Source: an uncultured Nitrososphaerota archaeon (GTDB lineage: Archaea > Thermoproteota > Nitrososphaeria > Nitrososphaerales > Gagatemarchaeaceae). Taken from it: a stretch of 64,000 bases of DNA. The notes under the pieces are model-generated. The model did not search any database and was not told where the DNA came from. It saw only the letters and a list, made by a program, of their open reading frames with translations. Every line of letters starts with the position of its first letter. The first letter of the stretch is position 1. Shown one piece after another: positions 9,418 through 18,415 of this stretch. The stretch lies in the NCBI GenBank assembly GCA_963703285.1, contig OY969807.1:672001-736000 (forward strand), written 5' to 3'. Both the position numbers and the translations under genes were made by a program.

Positions 9418-10419
9418 TCAACCGCTGTCCGCTGGGCGACGCGTAGTCCCGCTGTCCTCCTCTGCGAGACGGGCGTCCAGCTCCCTGAGCACGCTTGGAA
9501 CCTCTGCGGACGGCACGGTGCAACCGGCGGCGCGGGCGTGACCTCCCCCGTTTCCCCCGTGCCTCGCTGCGATCTCGCTGATGGTCCGGCCGAGGTGGAG
9601 AGGGCACTCGGAAGTGCACCTCAGGCTCATCTCGACCCGCCCTCCGCTCTTGACCCTGAAGGACACCCCAACCTGCACATCAAACGCGCCGAGCAGCAGC
9701 TTGGCGACGTTCCCCGTGCTGCTCTGGTCCGTCTCCATGTAGGCAAGCTTCCCCATCGCCACTCCCTTGGTTCCGACGACCCCCTCGAGCTCGGCGACCG
9801 TCTCCGCCTGGCGCAGGGCGAACGAGCTGACCCCCTCTATCCTGTGGGGTAGCTCCATCCTCGACAGGGCCCTCACCAGGCCTTCGATGTAGCTGACGTC
9901 TCTCCCCTGGTTCGCGATCGCGTAGGAGAGCATCGTGCTCTCGAGGAGGACGAACTGCCGGTCGAACCTCTCCATCATCTTCCCCGCAAGGGGCGACGAG
10001 TCCATGTAGTCCGTCACCGCCCCGAACATAGCCAGATAGCTGGACCTCGGCGGCAGCGCGTCCTTGAACGTGGTGTAGCAGAGCATGCTCGAGCACTCGT
10101 TGGTGTCGTGGACCATGCGGATACCCAGACCTGAGAGCTCGGCCTTCATCTCGTCGGAGAGGTAGTGGTGGTCGATGTATGTCACAGCGAGCCGCTTCGC
10201 GAGGTCGGATATCTTGGCCCTGAACTCGGGGAACCGAGACGGGTCGGTGCCCAGGTCGCATATGGTCAGCTCGCTCGTCCCGGAGGGGATGGCGTCGAGT
10301 TCGCCGATGATGTCGTCGTAGTCGGAGAGCCGGAAGGTTCCGCCCTTCGCGGCCAGGGTGATCGCCGCGGAACAGATTCCGTCGGCGTCCTTGATGTGCG
10401 AGATGCAGTGGGAGGTCAA
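9418..10419 (-). CDS. DHH/DHHA1 family phosphoesterase
   Basis: HIKDADG, ICDLG, YIDHH, SLR, GGGHARAAG. Confidence 0.9.
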   Translation of the reverse strand: MTSHCISHIKDADGICSAAITLAAKGGTFRLSDYDDIIGELDAIPSGTSELTICDLGTDPSRFPEFRAKISDLAKRLAVTYIDHHYLSDEMKAELSGLGIRMVHDTNECSSMLCYTTFKDALPPRSSYLAMFGAVTDYMDSSPLAGKMMERFDRQFVLLESTMLSYAIANQGRDVSYIEGLVRALSRMELPHRIEGVSSFALRQAETVAELEGVVGTKGVAMGKLAYMETDQSSTGNVAKLLLGAFDVQVGVSFRVKSGGRVEMSLRCTSECPLHLGRTISEIAARHGGNGGGHARAAGCTVPSAEVPSVLRELDARLAEEDSGTTRRPADSG

Positions 10420-10528
10420 GCAGCCCAGGGCGGTGCAATCGCCTTAATGAATGCTCGAATGGAGCAACCGTCCACAGCGGCTCGCGGCTCGCTCGCGGAT
10501 ATATCAGGCGCGGAGCAGGGGCTCTCCT

Positions 10529-10900
10529 GTGGCCAGCGTACCCAGAGGCCTCCTCAAGCTGATAGCGCTCCAGCTCCTGTCGGAATCCTCACTCTCCGGC
10601 GCGGAGCTCCAGGAGCAGATACGGCGGTCCAGCTCAGGAGTCTGGCGGCCGGGCCCGGGCTCCATCTACTTCATGATCAGGGGCCTTCGGGACGAGGGGC
10701 TGATCGTCGAGCTTCCCGCGAGCGGGGGGACGACGAGGCGATACGTGATCTCCACCAAGGGCAGGGGGGAACTGGAGAAGAGGAGGGGGCAGGTGAGGAC
10801 CGAGGTCAAGAAACAACTCGGGATACTTGCCTACTACTCCAAGCTGGCGGGCAACGAAACGCTCGCAACAAGCCTGAATGACCTAAGCGCTAAGACCTGA
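10529..10900 (+). CDS. PadR family transcriptional regulator
   Basis: PRGLLK, WRPGPGSIY, RRYVISTKG; GTG 10529 preferred start. Confidence 0.85.
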   Translation: MASVPRGLLKLIALQLLSESSLSGAELQEQIRRSSSGVWRPGPGSIYFMIRGLRDEGLIVELPASGGTTRRYVISTKGRGELEKRRGQVRTEVKKQLGILAYYSKLAGNETLATSLNDLSAKT

Positions 10901-10974
10901 CTCCACAGGGCGGACTTCGGGGGCGGCTGAATTCTTCAATCACCGATATAAACCGAGAGCAGACCTTCCTTCAG

Positions 10975-11871
10975 ATGCGGTCCGGAGTCCTCAGGCTGGC
11001 AATCATCCTCGCGATTGTCGTCGCGGCTGCCTTCGCAGTGATAACGCTCAACCTCGCATTTCCCTCGTTCACCTACGGGCTGAAGTACGTCTACGCGGCC
11101 CTGATACTCGTGGCGGGGGTGTTCATCACGAGAGAGGTCGCGTCCATAGTGGGCCTCAGTCTCCGTGACCATGCGAAGAGGACGGTGCTCGTCGCTGAGA
11201 ACGCGGTCACCATCAGCGGGTACGTGATAAGCATGGCCGCGGCGTTCCTCTACGCCTCCTTCTCTCCGACCGCCCTGCTGGCTTCGGCCGCCTTCAGCGG
11301 GCTCGTCCTGGGGCTAGCCCTCCAGCCCACCCTCGGCAGCTTCTTCGCCGGGATGCTCATCCTCGTATCCGGCGTGATACGCCCCGGAAACCAGGTACGG
11401 ATAATGACCTGGCACATCCCCTTCCAGTGGGCGATGAACCCGGGCTACAAGTACTTCTCACCGGACCAGATCTACGCCGGCTACATGGCGGAGGTCATCG
11501 AGATAGGCCTCTTCTTCACGACCGTAATCACGGAGGAGGGCCAGACGATGAAGATCCCCAACACGATAATCGCGACCGACGCAGCGGTGGTGACGTACAC
11601 GAACAGGGACTACATCTTCAACGTGAGGTACGAGTTCTCGAACAGGCTCGACCCGAACGTGGTCCTGAAGAGGGTCAAGGAGGAGGTGGCGAGCTACCCC
11701 GTGGTCAATTGCTTCATCAACGAGCAGAGCGACAAGTCATACTTCATCGTCAAGATCGTGATGAACGCCGTGAGGAAGGACCACGCCCTCATCAAGTCTG
11801 AAGTGCTGGCGCGGCTCATCCTCCTGAACAGGGAGCTCGAGGGAGCCGGTTCGGCGGAGCCGAAGAAGTGA
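10975..11871 (+). CDS. MscS-family mechanosensitive ion channel
   Basis: GLALQPTLGSFFAGMLIL, EIGLFFT, KIPN. Confidence 0.85.
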   Translation: MRSGVLRLAIILAIVVAAAFAVITLNLAFPSFTYGLKYVYAALILVAGVFITREVASIVGLSLRDHAKRTVLVAENAVTISGYVISMAAAFLYASFSPTALLASAAFSGLVLGLALQPTLGSFFAGMLILVSGVIRPGNQVRIMTWHIPFQWAMNPGYKYFSPDQIYAGYMAEVIEIGLFFTTVITEEGQTMKIPNTIIATDAAVVTYTNRDYIFNVRYEFSNRLDPNVVLKRVKEEVASYPVVNCFINEQSDKSYFIVKIVMNAVRKDHALIKSEVLARLILLNRELEGAGSAEPKK

Positions 11872-11892
11872 GGGGCCGCCACCGTTAAATTT

Positions 11893-12321
11893 TTGCCGAA
11901 GGGAGCGGGCTCCGTGGGAGAACCGAGGTTCATCAGCATCAGGAAGCTCGCCGCGCTCGAGATCGTCTACAGAGGGGAGCGGAGGGTCCTCCTCGAGTAC
12001 GGCTCGGGGGTCTTCTTCTTCGGCGTCGTCGGGGTGCTCTTCCTCCTCTACGCGCACCAGCGCACACCCCTCACCACCTCCATAGGGGTCTACGTGCTCC
12101 TCCTAGCCCTCAACTACGTCCCGCTGCTGGCCTTCTCGATCTCCCTAGCCAGCAAGAGGAGCGCGAAGACCGCGGTCGCGCTCGAGCTGGAGCATCAAGA
12201 GACCTACAGGAGGCGCTACGGCATCCAGCAGGCGATGGTCCTCATACCCTTCGCGGTCTTGCTGCTAGCCAGCATCCAGGAAGCGTCCCGAGGGAGCGAC
12301 AGAGCCGGGGACCCCACTTAG
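11893..12321 (+). CDS. Hypothetical membrane protein (about 3 TM)
   Basis: Hydrophobic segments, host-like codon usage. Confidence 0.6.
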   Translation: MPKGAGSVGEPRFISIRKLAALEIVYRGERRVLLEYGSGVFFFGVVGVLFLLYAHQRTPLTTSIGVYVLLLALNYVPLLAFSISLASKRSAKTAVALELEHQETYRRRYGIQQAMVLIPFAVLLLASIQEASRGSDRAGDPT

Positions 12322-12328
12322 CACCGGG

Positions 12329-12563
12329 TCACGAAGGCGCGGGTCTCTCGCGCTGTCCGAGGGCTAGACCGGGACGTTCGGCCTTCGATGCCGTCAGCCA
12401 CTTGGTTCCCTTCAGGACGAGTACCGGGCAGCTCGCCTGCTCGAGTATGCTAGGGAAGAAAAGCCTGACCAGCCTCTTGGACGCGCCCGTCTCCCAGTGG
12501 GGAAGGACGACCAGGTCGCACTTCTCCTGCTCGATGGTCTCCCTGATGGCGTTGGACCTGTCC
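12329..12563 (-). pseudogene. Universal stress protein, C-terminal half only (truncated at the IS end)
   Basis: AIRETIEQEKCDLVVL...SILEQASCPVLVLK; N-terminal half absent. Confidence 0.7.
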
Positions 12564-12720
12564 GTTGTTAGAAGCAAGCCCATTTAGGACATCGCTTCCT
12601 TAGGAGCGTTGGCGCCTTCCTCGGTCCCACCCGCCACGGCCGTCTCGGCCACGGGCCCGTGCCACAGGTATTCATCCCTCACAAGGCTCCAAGAGGCATC
12701 CTCACTCACGGAGAACGGTC
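12542..12720 (-). ncRNA. Putative TnpB omega/reRNA overlapping the tnpB 3' end, guide from the right flank (approximate bounds)
   Basis: Inferred from IS200/605/607 TnpB biology; the element appears to end ...CTAACAACGG (minus strand) at 12562. Confidence 0.3.
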
Positions 12721-13852
12721 GTCCGCAAAGGCGCGAACCGCGACAGGCTATGGCCAACGAGGCCAGCCGGTTCCTGTCGTAGTCCGCGCCGCATGTTGGA
12801 CACGCGCTTACCCTCCAGCGCATGTCTGACGGGATCCGAGTTGGGTGCTCTATGCTTCCACCGCATACGGGACATCTCGAAGAAGTCCCTCTCGGATTCG
12901 CGTACAGCGTCGTGCTGGGTGACTTGTAGTCGACCATCGCCTGGGCCATCCTGTAGGGCCAGCGGTTCAGGCGCGTCCTGAACCTCCTCCCCTCGGTAGA
13001 CTTGTTCCTGATGTGCCTGAGGTCCTCGAAGACGAAGGTGGCGTTGGGGTATCTCCTCACGAGGCCTGTGGTCAGCTTGTGGAGCGAGTCCCTGATGCGC
13101 AGCCTCTGCCTCCCTCTGGTCTGCTCCAGCTTCTTGGCGCGCTTCTGCGGGTTCCTGATGTGGAGCTGGAGCCGCCTTCGACGCCTGGTGAACGAGTCCT
13201 GGATGTGCTCGACGTCGCTCGTCGGAATGGTGACCGGTTGTCCGAGTCTCCCCTTGTCTATGGGAGTGCAGTCTATGGTGGCGAAGTTCAGGTCCACTCC
13301 CACGAGCTGGTCTCCGAGAGGCTTCGTGGAGAGGCCGTCCACGAACGTCAGGAGCAGCCTTTCGTCCGTCAGGGTCATCTCGCCAAGCTTGCCCCTTGAA
13401 TAATCCGGCCACTTCTTGTGGTTTGGTGTGAATCGTATGTACTCATACTCGCGGGGTCGGATTGTAATGCGAATCACCATCTGGTCGCGCTCCTCCGTCA
13501 TCTTGAACAGCTCCCTGTCTATTCGCATGGAGAGCTTCTCCAGGGACGGAAGCGCCAGGCTCTTGTGCCTCTTCCTGTAGGCCCTCAGCAAAGCGACCGC
13601 CTTGCTGCAGACCGGGTTGATGTGGTGGCGCGCGTACGGCATCGTCTCCACAAACCAGGGCCTGACCTTCTTCCTCAGCCTTATCGGCGAAGGGATCTCC
13701 CCACCGTTGAGCCTGGCATCCACTAGGGCGTAGGCGAGGGCCATCCGAGTGGCATCTCGCATGTCGGAGAGGTAAGCTAGAAGCTGCGGGCTCGGCTCGT
13801 ACTTGATCCCGATGGTCCGCTTCTGGCCGAGGGACTTCCAGAGGTGCGTTAC
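12584..13852 (-). CDS. tnpB: TnpB RNA-guided nuclease, possibly inactive
   Basis: RuvC-I GVDLN, RuvC-II FVFEDL, CPVCG/CPTCG zinc finger, RuvC-III DRN; frame open upstream of ATG 13762, GTA 13852 overlaps the tnpA stop. Confidence 0.85.
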   Translation of the reverse strand, partial: VTHLWKSLGQKRTIGIKYEPSPQLLAYLSDMRDATRMALAYALVDARLNGGEIPSPIRLRKKVRPWFVETMPYARHHINPVCSKAVALLRAYRKRHKSLALPSLEKLSMRIDRELFKMTEERDQMVIRITIRPREYEYIRFTPNHKKWPDYSRGKLGEMTLTDERLLLTFVDGLSTKPLGDQLVGVDLNFATIDCTPIDKGRLGQPVTIPTSDVEHIQDSFTRRRRRLQLHIRNPQKRAKKLEQTRGRQRLRIRDSLHKLTTGLVRRYPNATFVFEDLRHIRNKSTEGRRFRTRLNRWPYRMAQAMVDYKSPSTTLYANPRGTSSRCPVCGGSIEHPTRIPSDMRWRVSACPTCGADYDRNRLASLAIACRGSRLCGRPFSVSEDASWSLVRDEYLWHGPVAETAVAGGTEEGANAPKEAMS

Positions 13853-14413
13853 CGTTCGGTCGCCTCCGGTGTCCTCTTCGCCTTGTTCTTCGCTGACTGC
13901 TTCCCGTACAGCCGGGTGCAGAACGAAGTGAGGACGTCGACCATGTCTTGGACGAGGTCATCTTTCATCTCTGTGTCATTGACGATGACGACCTTCCTCT
14001 TGGAGGCCGCCATTGCCGACTCGACGTATTCAGACCCGAATCTTGCGAGCCTATCCCTGCGCTCGACCACGATGACCGAGGTCGACGTGTTCTCCAGGAC
14101 CTTCATCAGTTTCTTGCGGTGCCCGTTGAGCCAGGAGCCATTCTCCTTGACCTCTTGAACTACGTGTAATCCTTGAACCGCAGCGTAGTCCCTGGGGCGT
14201 TGCACCTGCGTGTCAAGGTCGGCTGCTTGGTCCATTGAAGAGATACTCGCGTACAGGACCGCGTTGTTTGTCGTCGCTGGGAGCTCGTGGACGAGGATGG
14301 TACCCGGTAGGGAGCTGTTCCACCGGCCTCGGGAACTTTCCGCTTCTGAAAAGACGGTAAGCTGCCTTGTAGTCGAGGCCATTCTTCCTGGCCCGGTCGG
14401 CTAGTTTCAACAC
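13849..14413 (-). pseudogene. tnpA: IS607 transposase (HTH plus serine recombinase), frameshifted near 14303
   Basis: LKLADRARKNGLDYKAAYRLFRSG...QLPTG / TILVHE...LYASISS...RDRLARFG...DDLVQDMVDVLTSFCTRLYG; YARVSS consensus altered. Confidence 0.85.
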
Positions 14414-14482
14414 GATTGTACTCCGGCTATTTAACGACCAATGTTCGATGGTGCGATTTGATACCAACTCGTATCAAAAACG

Positions 14483-14704
14483 ATTACTGTTCCCAGCCCC
14501 GCGGCCTCGGTCACCCTCTGGCTCCCTGGCCCCCTCAATGTCGCTCTCTGGGTGGGAGTGATGGCCGCCCTCATGGCCCTGCTGTGGGCGAAGTTCGAAA
14601 CCCACAGGAATCTGGTCCTGGCGTTGACCATCCCGCTGCTCGCCATGTGCATCTGCGACGTCACGAACGACGTGGTCGTTGCTCTACAGCTCGGGCTCCT
14701 CTAG
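14483..14704 (+). pseudogene. C-terminal fragment of a membrane protein truncated at the IS left end
   Basis: ITVPSPAASVTLWLPGPLNVALWVGVMAALMALLWAKFETHRNLVLALTIPLLAMCICDVTNDVVVALQLGLL*; in-frame stop upstream at 14459 and first canonical start only at 14552. Confidence 0.5.
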
Positions 14705-14720
14705 GCGGCGTGTCGTCGGC

Positions 14721-15767
14721 TCAGGCAGCCACGGGGGCCGTCTCGAGAGCCGCTCCGCCCCTCGGACCCTGCGCCCGCTTCAGCAGCAGATTGACGATGT
14801 AGAGCAACCCGGGGATTCCTGCGATGAAGACGATGTCCACCGTCGGCACAAGACTGTAGAGGCTGTTCGCGGTGTATGGGACGCCGTAGACCGCCTGCCC
14901 ATAGAAGGCATACCCGTTCGATGCGAAGTCCACCGCCCAGTGAAAGATGATGCTGGTGTGAAGCCCGTATCTGACGTAGAGGTATGCCAGGGCCACCCCG
15001 TCCAGCGCGGCCTCGCTGATCTTCCCGATTCCCCACCCGGCGCCGGACACGAAGTGTGCAACCCCGAAGATTATCGAGCTGAGCGCTATCAGGAAGTAGA
15101 CGAGCAGCTTCAACGAGCCAGTGGCAAGCCCCTGGGGAGAATCCGCTGAGATTCCCTCCCAGCTGGAGGAAGGGCGCCAGAGGGCCTTCAGCATACGGCG
15201 AGCGTTCGACTTCATAAGCAGCAGGATGACGAAGAGGGGGACGCCGATCAGGAAGAACCTGAACCCGACCTCCTCAATGAGGGGCGCGAGGGTGAAATCA
15301 ACCAGAAGGAGGTAGGGGTCCCCCGAGAGGCCGCCGGTCGAGACGCCCGCAGAGGTCTGGAAGAGGTCGAGGATGATCGTTGCGAGGAGCGTGGCCCCCA
15401 GGATCATCACCGTGGCAGACAACGGATTGCGGAGCAGGTCGCCCATCCCGTCCCTCGACGCCCCCTTGAGGGCCCGGATGAGCCCTCCGCCCTGAACCGC
15501 CGCGAGGGCGATGAAAAAGACGAAGAGCGCAGTCAGGGACAGGTAGAGCTCCGCCACCGTTGGCGTGAGGGGGAGGTTCACCATGAAGAGGCCGATGTAG
15601 ATGGGGACATAGAGGAACTGCGACTGGTAGGATAACCCGGTGGTCGAGAGGTGCGAGGAGAAGATCGCGTAGGTCCCGAACGGGATCGACCCGATCAGGA
15701 CGACGAGGGTGAAGACGACTATCACGCCGTAGAGAAGACCGGAGACGCTTATCCGGGGTTTTTCCAA
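14721..15767 (-). CDS. CPBP (CAAX/Abi) intramembrane metalloprotease
   Basis: APLIEEVGFR, FGVAH, SIIFH, multiple TMs. Confidence 0.85.
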   Translation of the reverse strand: MEKPRISVSGLLYGVIVVFTLVVLIGSIPFGTYAIFSSHLSTTGLSYQSQFLYVPIYIGLFMVNLPLTPTVAELYLSLTALFVFFIALAAVQGGGLIRALKGASRDGMGDLLRNPLSATVMILGATLLATIILDLFQTSAGVSTGGLSGDPYLLLVDFTLAPLIEEVGFRFFLIGVPLFVILLLMKSNARRMLKALWRPSSSWEGISADSPQGLATGSLKLLVYFLIALSSIIFGVAHFVSGAGWGIGKISEAALDGVALAYLYVRYGLHTSIIFHWAVDFASNGYAFYGQAVYGVPYTANSLYSLVPTVDIVFIAGIPGLLYIVNLLLKRAQGPRGGAALETAPVAA

Positions 15768-15773
15768 CGAAGT

Positions 15774-15986
15774 TCAGTCCGGCGCCTTCTTCCGTTCGTC
15801 CTTCACTTCTTCGACGTAGGCATACCCCCTGTACCCGCACTTTGGGCAGAGGTAGTCCTGGGGGATGAGCCATCCGCCGAGGCCGCTAAGCTTCTGAAGC
15901 GGGGTGAGGCAGACAACGCACAGCCGCGGCCTGTTCGTGAAGACCCCACGCCTGACCAGCTTGGGCCTTTCTGCATCGTCCTCCAA
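15774..15986 (-). CDS. Small zinc-ribbon protein
   Basis: CVVC...GWLIPQDYLCPKCGYRG. Confidence 0.75.
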   Translation of the reverse strand: MEDDAERPKLVRRGVFTNRPRLCVVCLTPLQKLSGLGGWLIPQDYLCPKCGYRGYAYVEEVKDERKKAPD

Positions 15987-16041
15987 GGTTCACCGGGGAT
16001 GAGCCGAACTCGGTTGCTTTAACGCTTTTCGAATCGGGAGC

Positions 16042-17472
16042 TCAGGACACCACGATGGGCACGTAGACTGACCTCCAGGTCAATCCATCGCTGATGGTCA
16101 TGAGGAGGAGATAGTCACCTGCCGGCGTCCCGGCCGCGACCTTCACGGTGACGGGCACGGAGACGGGTCCGTCGAGCGAGGGGAACGACGAGGTACCCGT
16201 GGTGAACGTGATGTTCTGGGGGACCGAGCTGATTGTCTCGGAGTCCGAGAAGGTCAGGTTTAGCGGTCTCGACGAGGTCCCCGTCAGCTGGAGCTGGAAG
16301 ATGGCGGAGGAACCAGGCTCGATGGTCGTCTCCGTGCGGTTGGCCGGAGTCGTCAGGGAGAAGGAGGGCGTGACAGAGTCGTTGACGAACCCGACCTGGT
16401 TCGCGGTCCAGGCGGTGAACCAGACGAGGTTCTTGTCGATGGCGATGGTGAGCGCGTTCCCTATGCCGACTTCATCGATCGGGATTGGTGAGATCGCGTA
16501 CTCCGTCAGAGTCGTCATGTTGGAGAGCAGCGCGATCCTGTTCGCGTCGTGCTCGTTGAACCAGAGCGCACTGCCGTTGGCGAGGAGGTAGTAGGGGAGC
16601 GTAAGCGGGAGCTTGGGGTCCGTGGAGGTGGGGTAGAAGGACCACTGGCCCGAGCTTGGGTCGAAGAAGGCGACGTGGGAAGCCTCGTGCTCCCCCACCC
16701 AGAGACCTCCCTGGGAGACCGCTACGCTGTAGGGTCCGAACAGCGTCTGGTTACCGCCCACCTGCTGGAACACCGGGAACGGGGAGAGCGGGTCGAAGGA
16801 GAAGACCTGACCATGGCTGTCGCCCGGATTGACGGTCACGACGTAGCCGAGGCTGGAGTTCTGAAACAGAATCGAGGCGGTGTACTCGCCCGGGTCGGCG
16901 GGGACAGAGTAGTAGGTTGGCGCCGACGTACTGCTGGCGACCACACCTATCTGGGCAGGGAGGGACGTCTCCGTGAACCAGAGGCGGTCCTGGCTGTCGA
17001 TCGCGAGGAACCGCGGAATGACCGTGCCGGGCAGAGTAATGACGGTGAACGTTCCGGTCGTCGCGTTCATGCCCACCAGCTGGTTGTTGGCGGAGTCCGA
17101 GGCCCAGACGAGACCGTTCCAAAGCTTGATCCCCCAGATATCCGAGCGGTCGAAGCAGAGCGAGGCCGGGGTCGAGTTGGGGAAGGGCCACGGGTACTCC
17201 ACGAGCGTCCCGTTCAGGAAGAGGTGGGCTATCCCGGGGATGGCCACCTCACCGAACCAGACCGACCCGTCGGGGGCCGCCGTGATCGAGTTTGCGCTCC
17301 TCAGGGGCGTGGGCAGATCGAAGGTGGTGACGCTACCGAACTTGGACGGGACCAGGTTGGTTCTGGTTACGGAGGTGAGGTCCGCGCAGCCGGTCTGGGA
17401 TGAAGAGGTGGTCAACGTCCCGTTGCCCTGAATCAGGACGTATGTTCCGGCCACGATGGCGCCCACGAGCAA
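16042..17472 (-). CDS. Membrane-anchored Vgb/lyase-like beta-propeller protein
   Basis: Repeated G.VWF.E blades and C-terminal Ig-like domain; frame continues upstream (TRRRSIAVLVVV) without a canonical start. Confidence 0.8.
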   Translation of the reverse strand: MLVGAIVAGTYVLIQGNGTLTTSSSQTGCADLTSVTRTNLVPSKFGSVTTFDLPTPLRSANSITAAPDGSVWFGEVAIPGIAHLFLNGTLVEYPWPFPNSTPASLCFDRSDIWGIKLWNGLVWASDSANNQLVGMNATTGTFTVITLPGTVIPRFLAIDSQDRLWFTETSLPAQIGVVASSTSAPTYYSVPADPGEYTASILFQNSSLGYVVTVNPGDSHGQVFSFDPLSPFPVFQQVGGNQTLFGPYSVAVSQGGLWVGEHEASHVAFFDPSSGQWSFYPTSTDPKLPLTLPYYLLANGSALWFNEHDANRIALLSNMTTLTEYAISPIPIDEVGIGNALTIAIDKNLVWFTAWTANQVGFVNDSVTPSFSLTTPANRTETTIEPGSSAIFQLQLTGTSSRPLNLTFSDSETISSVPQNITFTTGTSSFPSLDGPVSVPVTVKVAAGTPAGDYLLLMTISDGLTWRSVYVPIVVS

Positions 17473-17551
17473 GACGACGACCAGGACGGCGATGGACCTG
17501 CGGCGCGTGGAGCCGCCGGCACTACCCTGCGGCCCCGGAGAGCTCGTCCCG

Positions 17552-18160
17552 TTAAGCGATGACGTTTATCGTCCCGTCCATCCAGATCGGGTGCCACTCG
17601 CAGAAGTAGGTGTATTTGCCGGGCGTGGTGAAGGTGACCGCGTTGGTCTCCCCGGGGAGGGAGTAGAACTGGAACGGCTGGGCGCTCTGTGGCCACGATG
17701 TGGACTCTAGGATGTGCTCCTCGTTGTCGTTGTTCAGCCAGACTATCGTGTTGTTGACGCCGATGACGACGGTGATGTTGATCGGCTCGAAGGAGACCTT
17801 GTTGGCGAGGTCCTGGATGCCAGGCGGAATTATCACCAGCACTTCGGTCGAGTTCAGCGAGACCGACGAGCTCTTGGAGGCGGACGCGCTGGAGGCGGTG
17901 CTGGTTCGGGAGCTGCTAGGGGAGGACGAACTTGTCGAGGCCGAGGCAGATGACGAGATTGACGAGGTCGTCGACGAGCTCGTCGAAGACGAACTGGTCG
18001 AGGTGTTCGACGAGATCACCGTCCCTGTGTTGACGCCTCCCCCACTCTGCGAGAAAGCGAGGTAGACCGCTGACCCAGCGAGGGCGACGATGACGACCAG
18101 CAACGCAACCGCTATCATGGAAGCCATGCCCGCTCTTCCGGCGTCACTTTGTCTCACCAT
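17552..18160 (-). CDS. Membrane-anchored blue (type 1) copper protein, plastocyanin-like
   Basis: TM anchor, Ser linker, H(ILES)...CEWHPIWM copper ligands. Confidence 0.88.
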   Translation of the reverse strand: MVRQSDAGRAGMASMIAVALLVVIVALAGSAVYLAFSQSGGGVNTGTVISSNTSTSSSSTSSSTTSSISSSASASTSSSSPSSSRTSTASSASASKSSSVSLNSTEVLVIIPPGIQDLANKVSFEPINITVVIGVNNTIVWLNNDNEEHILESTSWPQSAQPFQFYSLPGETNAVTFTTPGKYTYFCEWHPIWMDGTINVIA

Positions 18161-18247
18161 TCCAAAACCACCTGGCCCAAGACCCTAGCGATAGTCTGGA
18201 ATATCTTGCGAAAGCCTATAAGGTTAGTGGCTCATTTCTTGAAGCGG

Positions 18248-18367
18248 TTGCCGGAGCAGTTCTGCTACTGCGGTGCGCGGATGGTCGAGGTTCAGCCCTG
18301 CAAGTACAGGTGCCCTGTCGATGGCATGATCTGGGACTGCGAGGACGTGCTAGGACTCCCGAAGTGA
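18248..18367 (+). CDS. 39-aa Cys-rich zinc-finger microprotein
   Basis: TTG 18248: MPEQFCYCGARMVEVQPCKYRCPVDGMIWDCEDVLGLPK; TATA-like CCTATAAG upstream. Confidence 0.6.
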   Translation: MPEQFCYCGARMVEVQPCKYRCPVDGMIWDCEDVLGLPK

Positions 18368-18415
18368 CCCGTTCACGATGTTTATAATCGGAACGAGACG
18401 CGGCGTCCGGCAGAC

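Larger units (their letters stand above)
12562..14480 (-). mobile_element. IS607-family insertion sequence, degenerate
   Basis: Serine-recombinase tnpA followed by tnpB; GG-type right end; IR TTTGATAC-N6-GTATCAAA at 14457-14478 near the left end (left boundary approximate). Confidence 0.85.

Noticed and set aside
12564-12583. ATG at 12583 as the start of an intact 84-aa protein
   Set aside because: The first codons come from the IS right end and the rest is only half of a USP domain.
17870-18010. Repetitive GACGAG/GTCGA-like DNA
   Set aside because: It encodes the Ser/Thr linker of the cupredoxin; not a CRISPR or tandem array.
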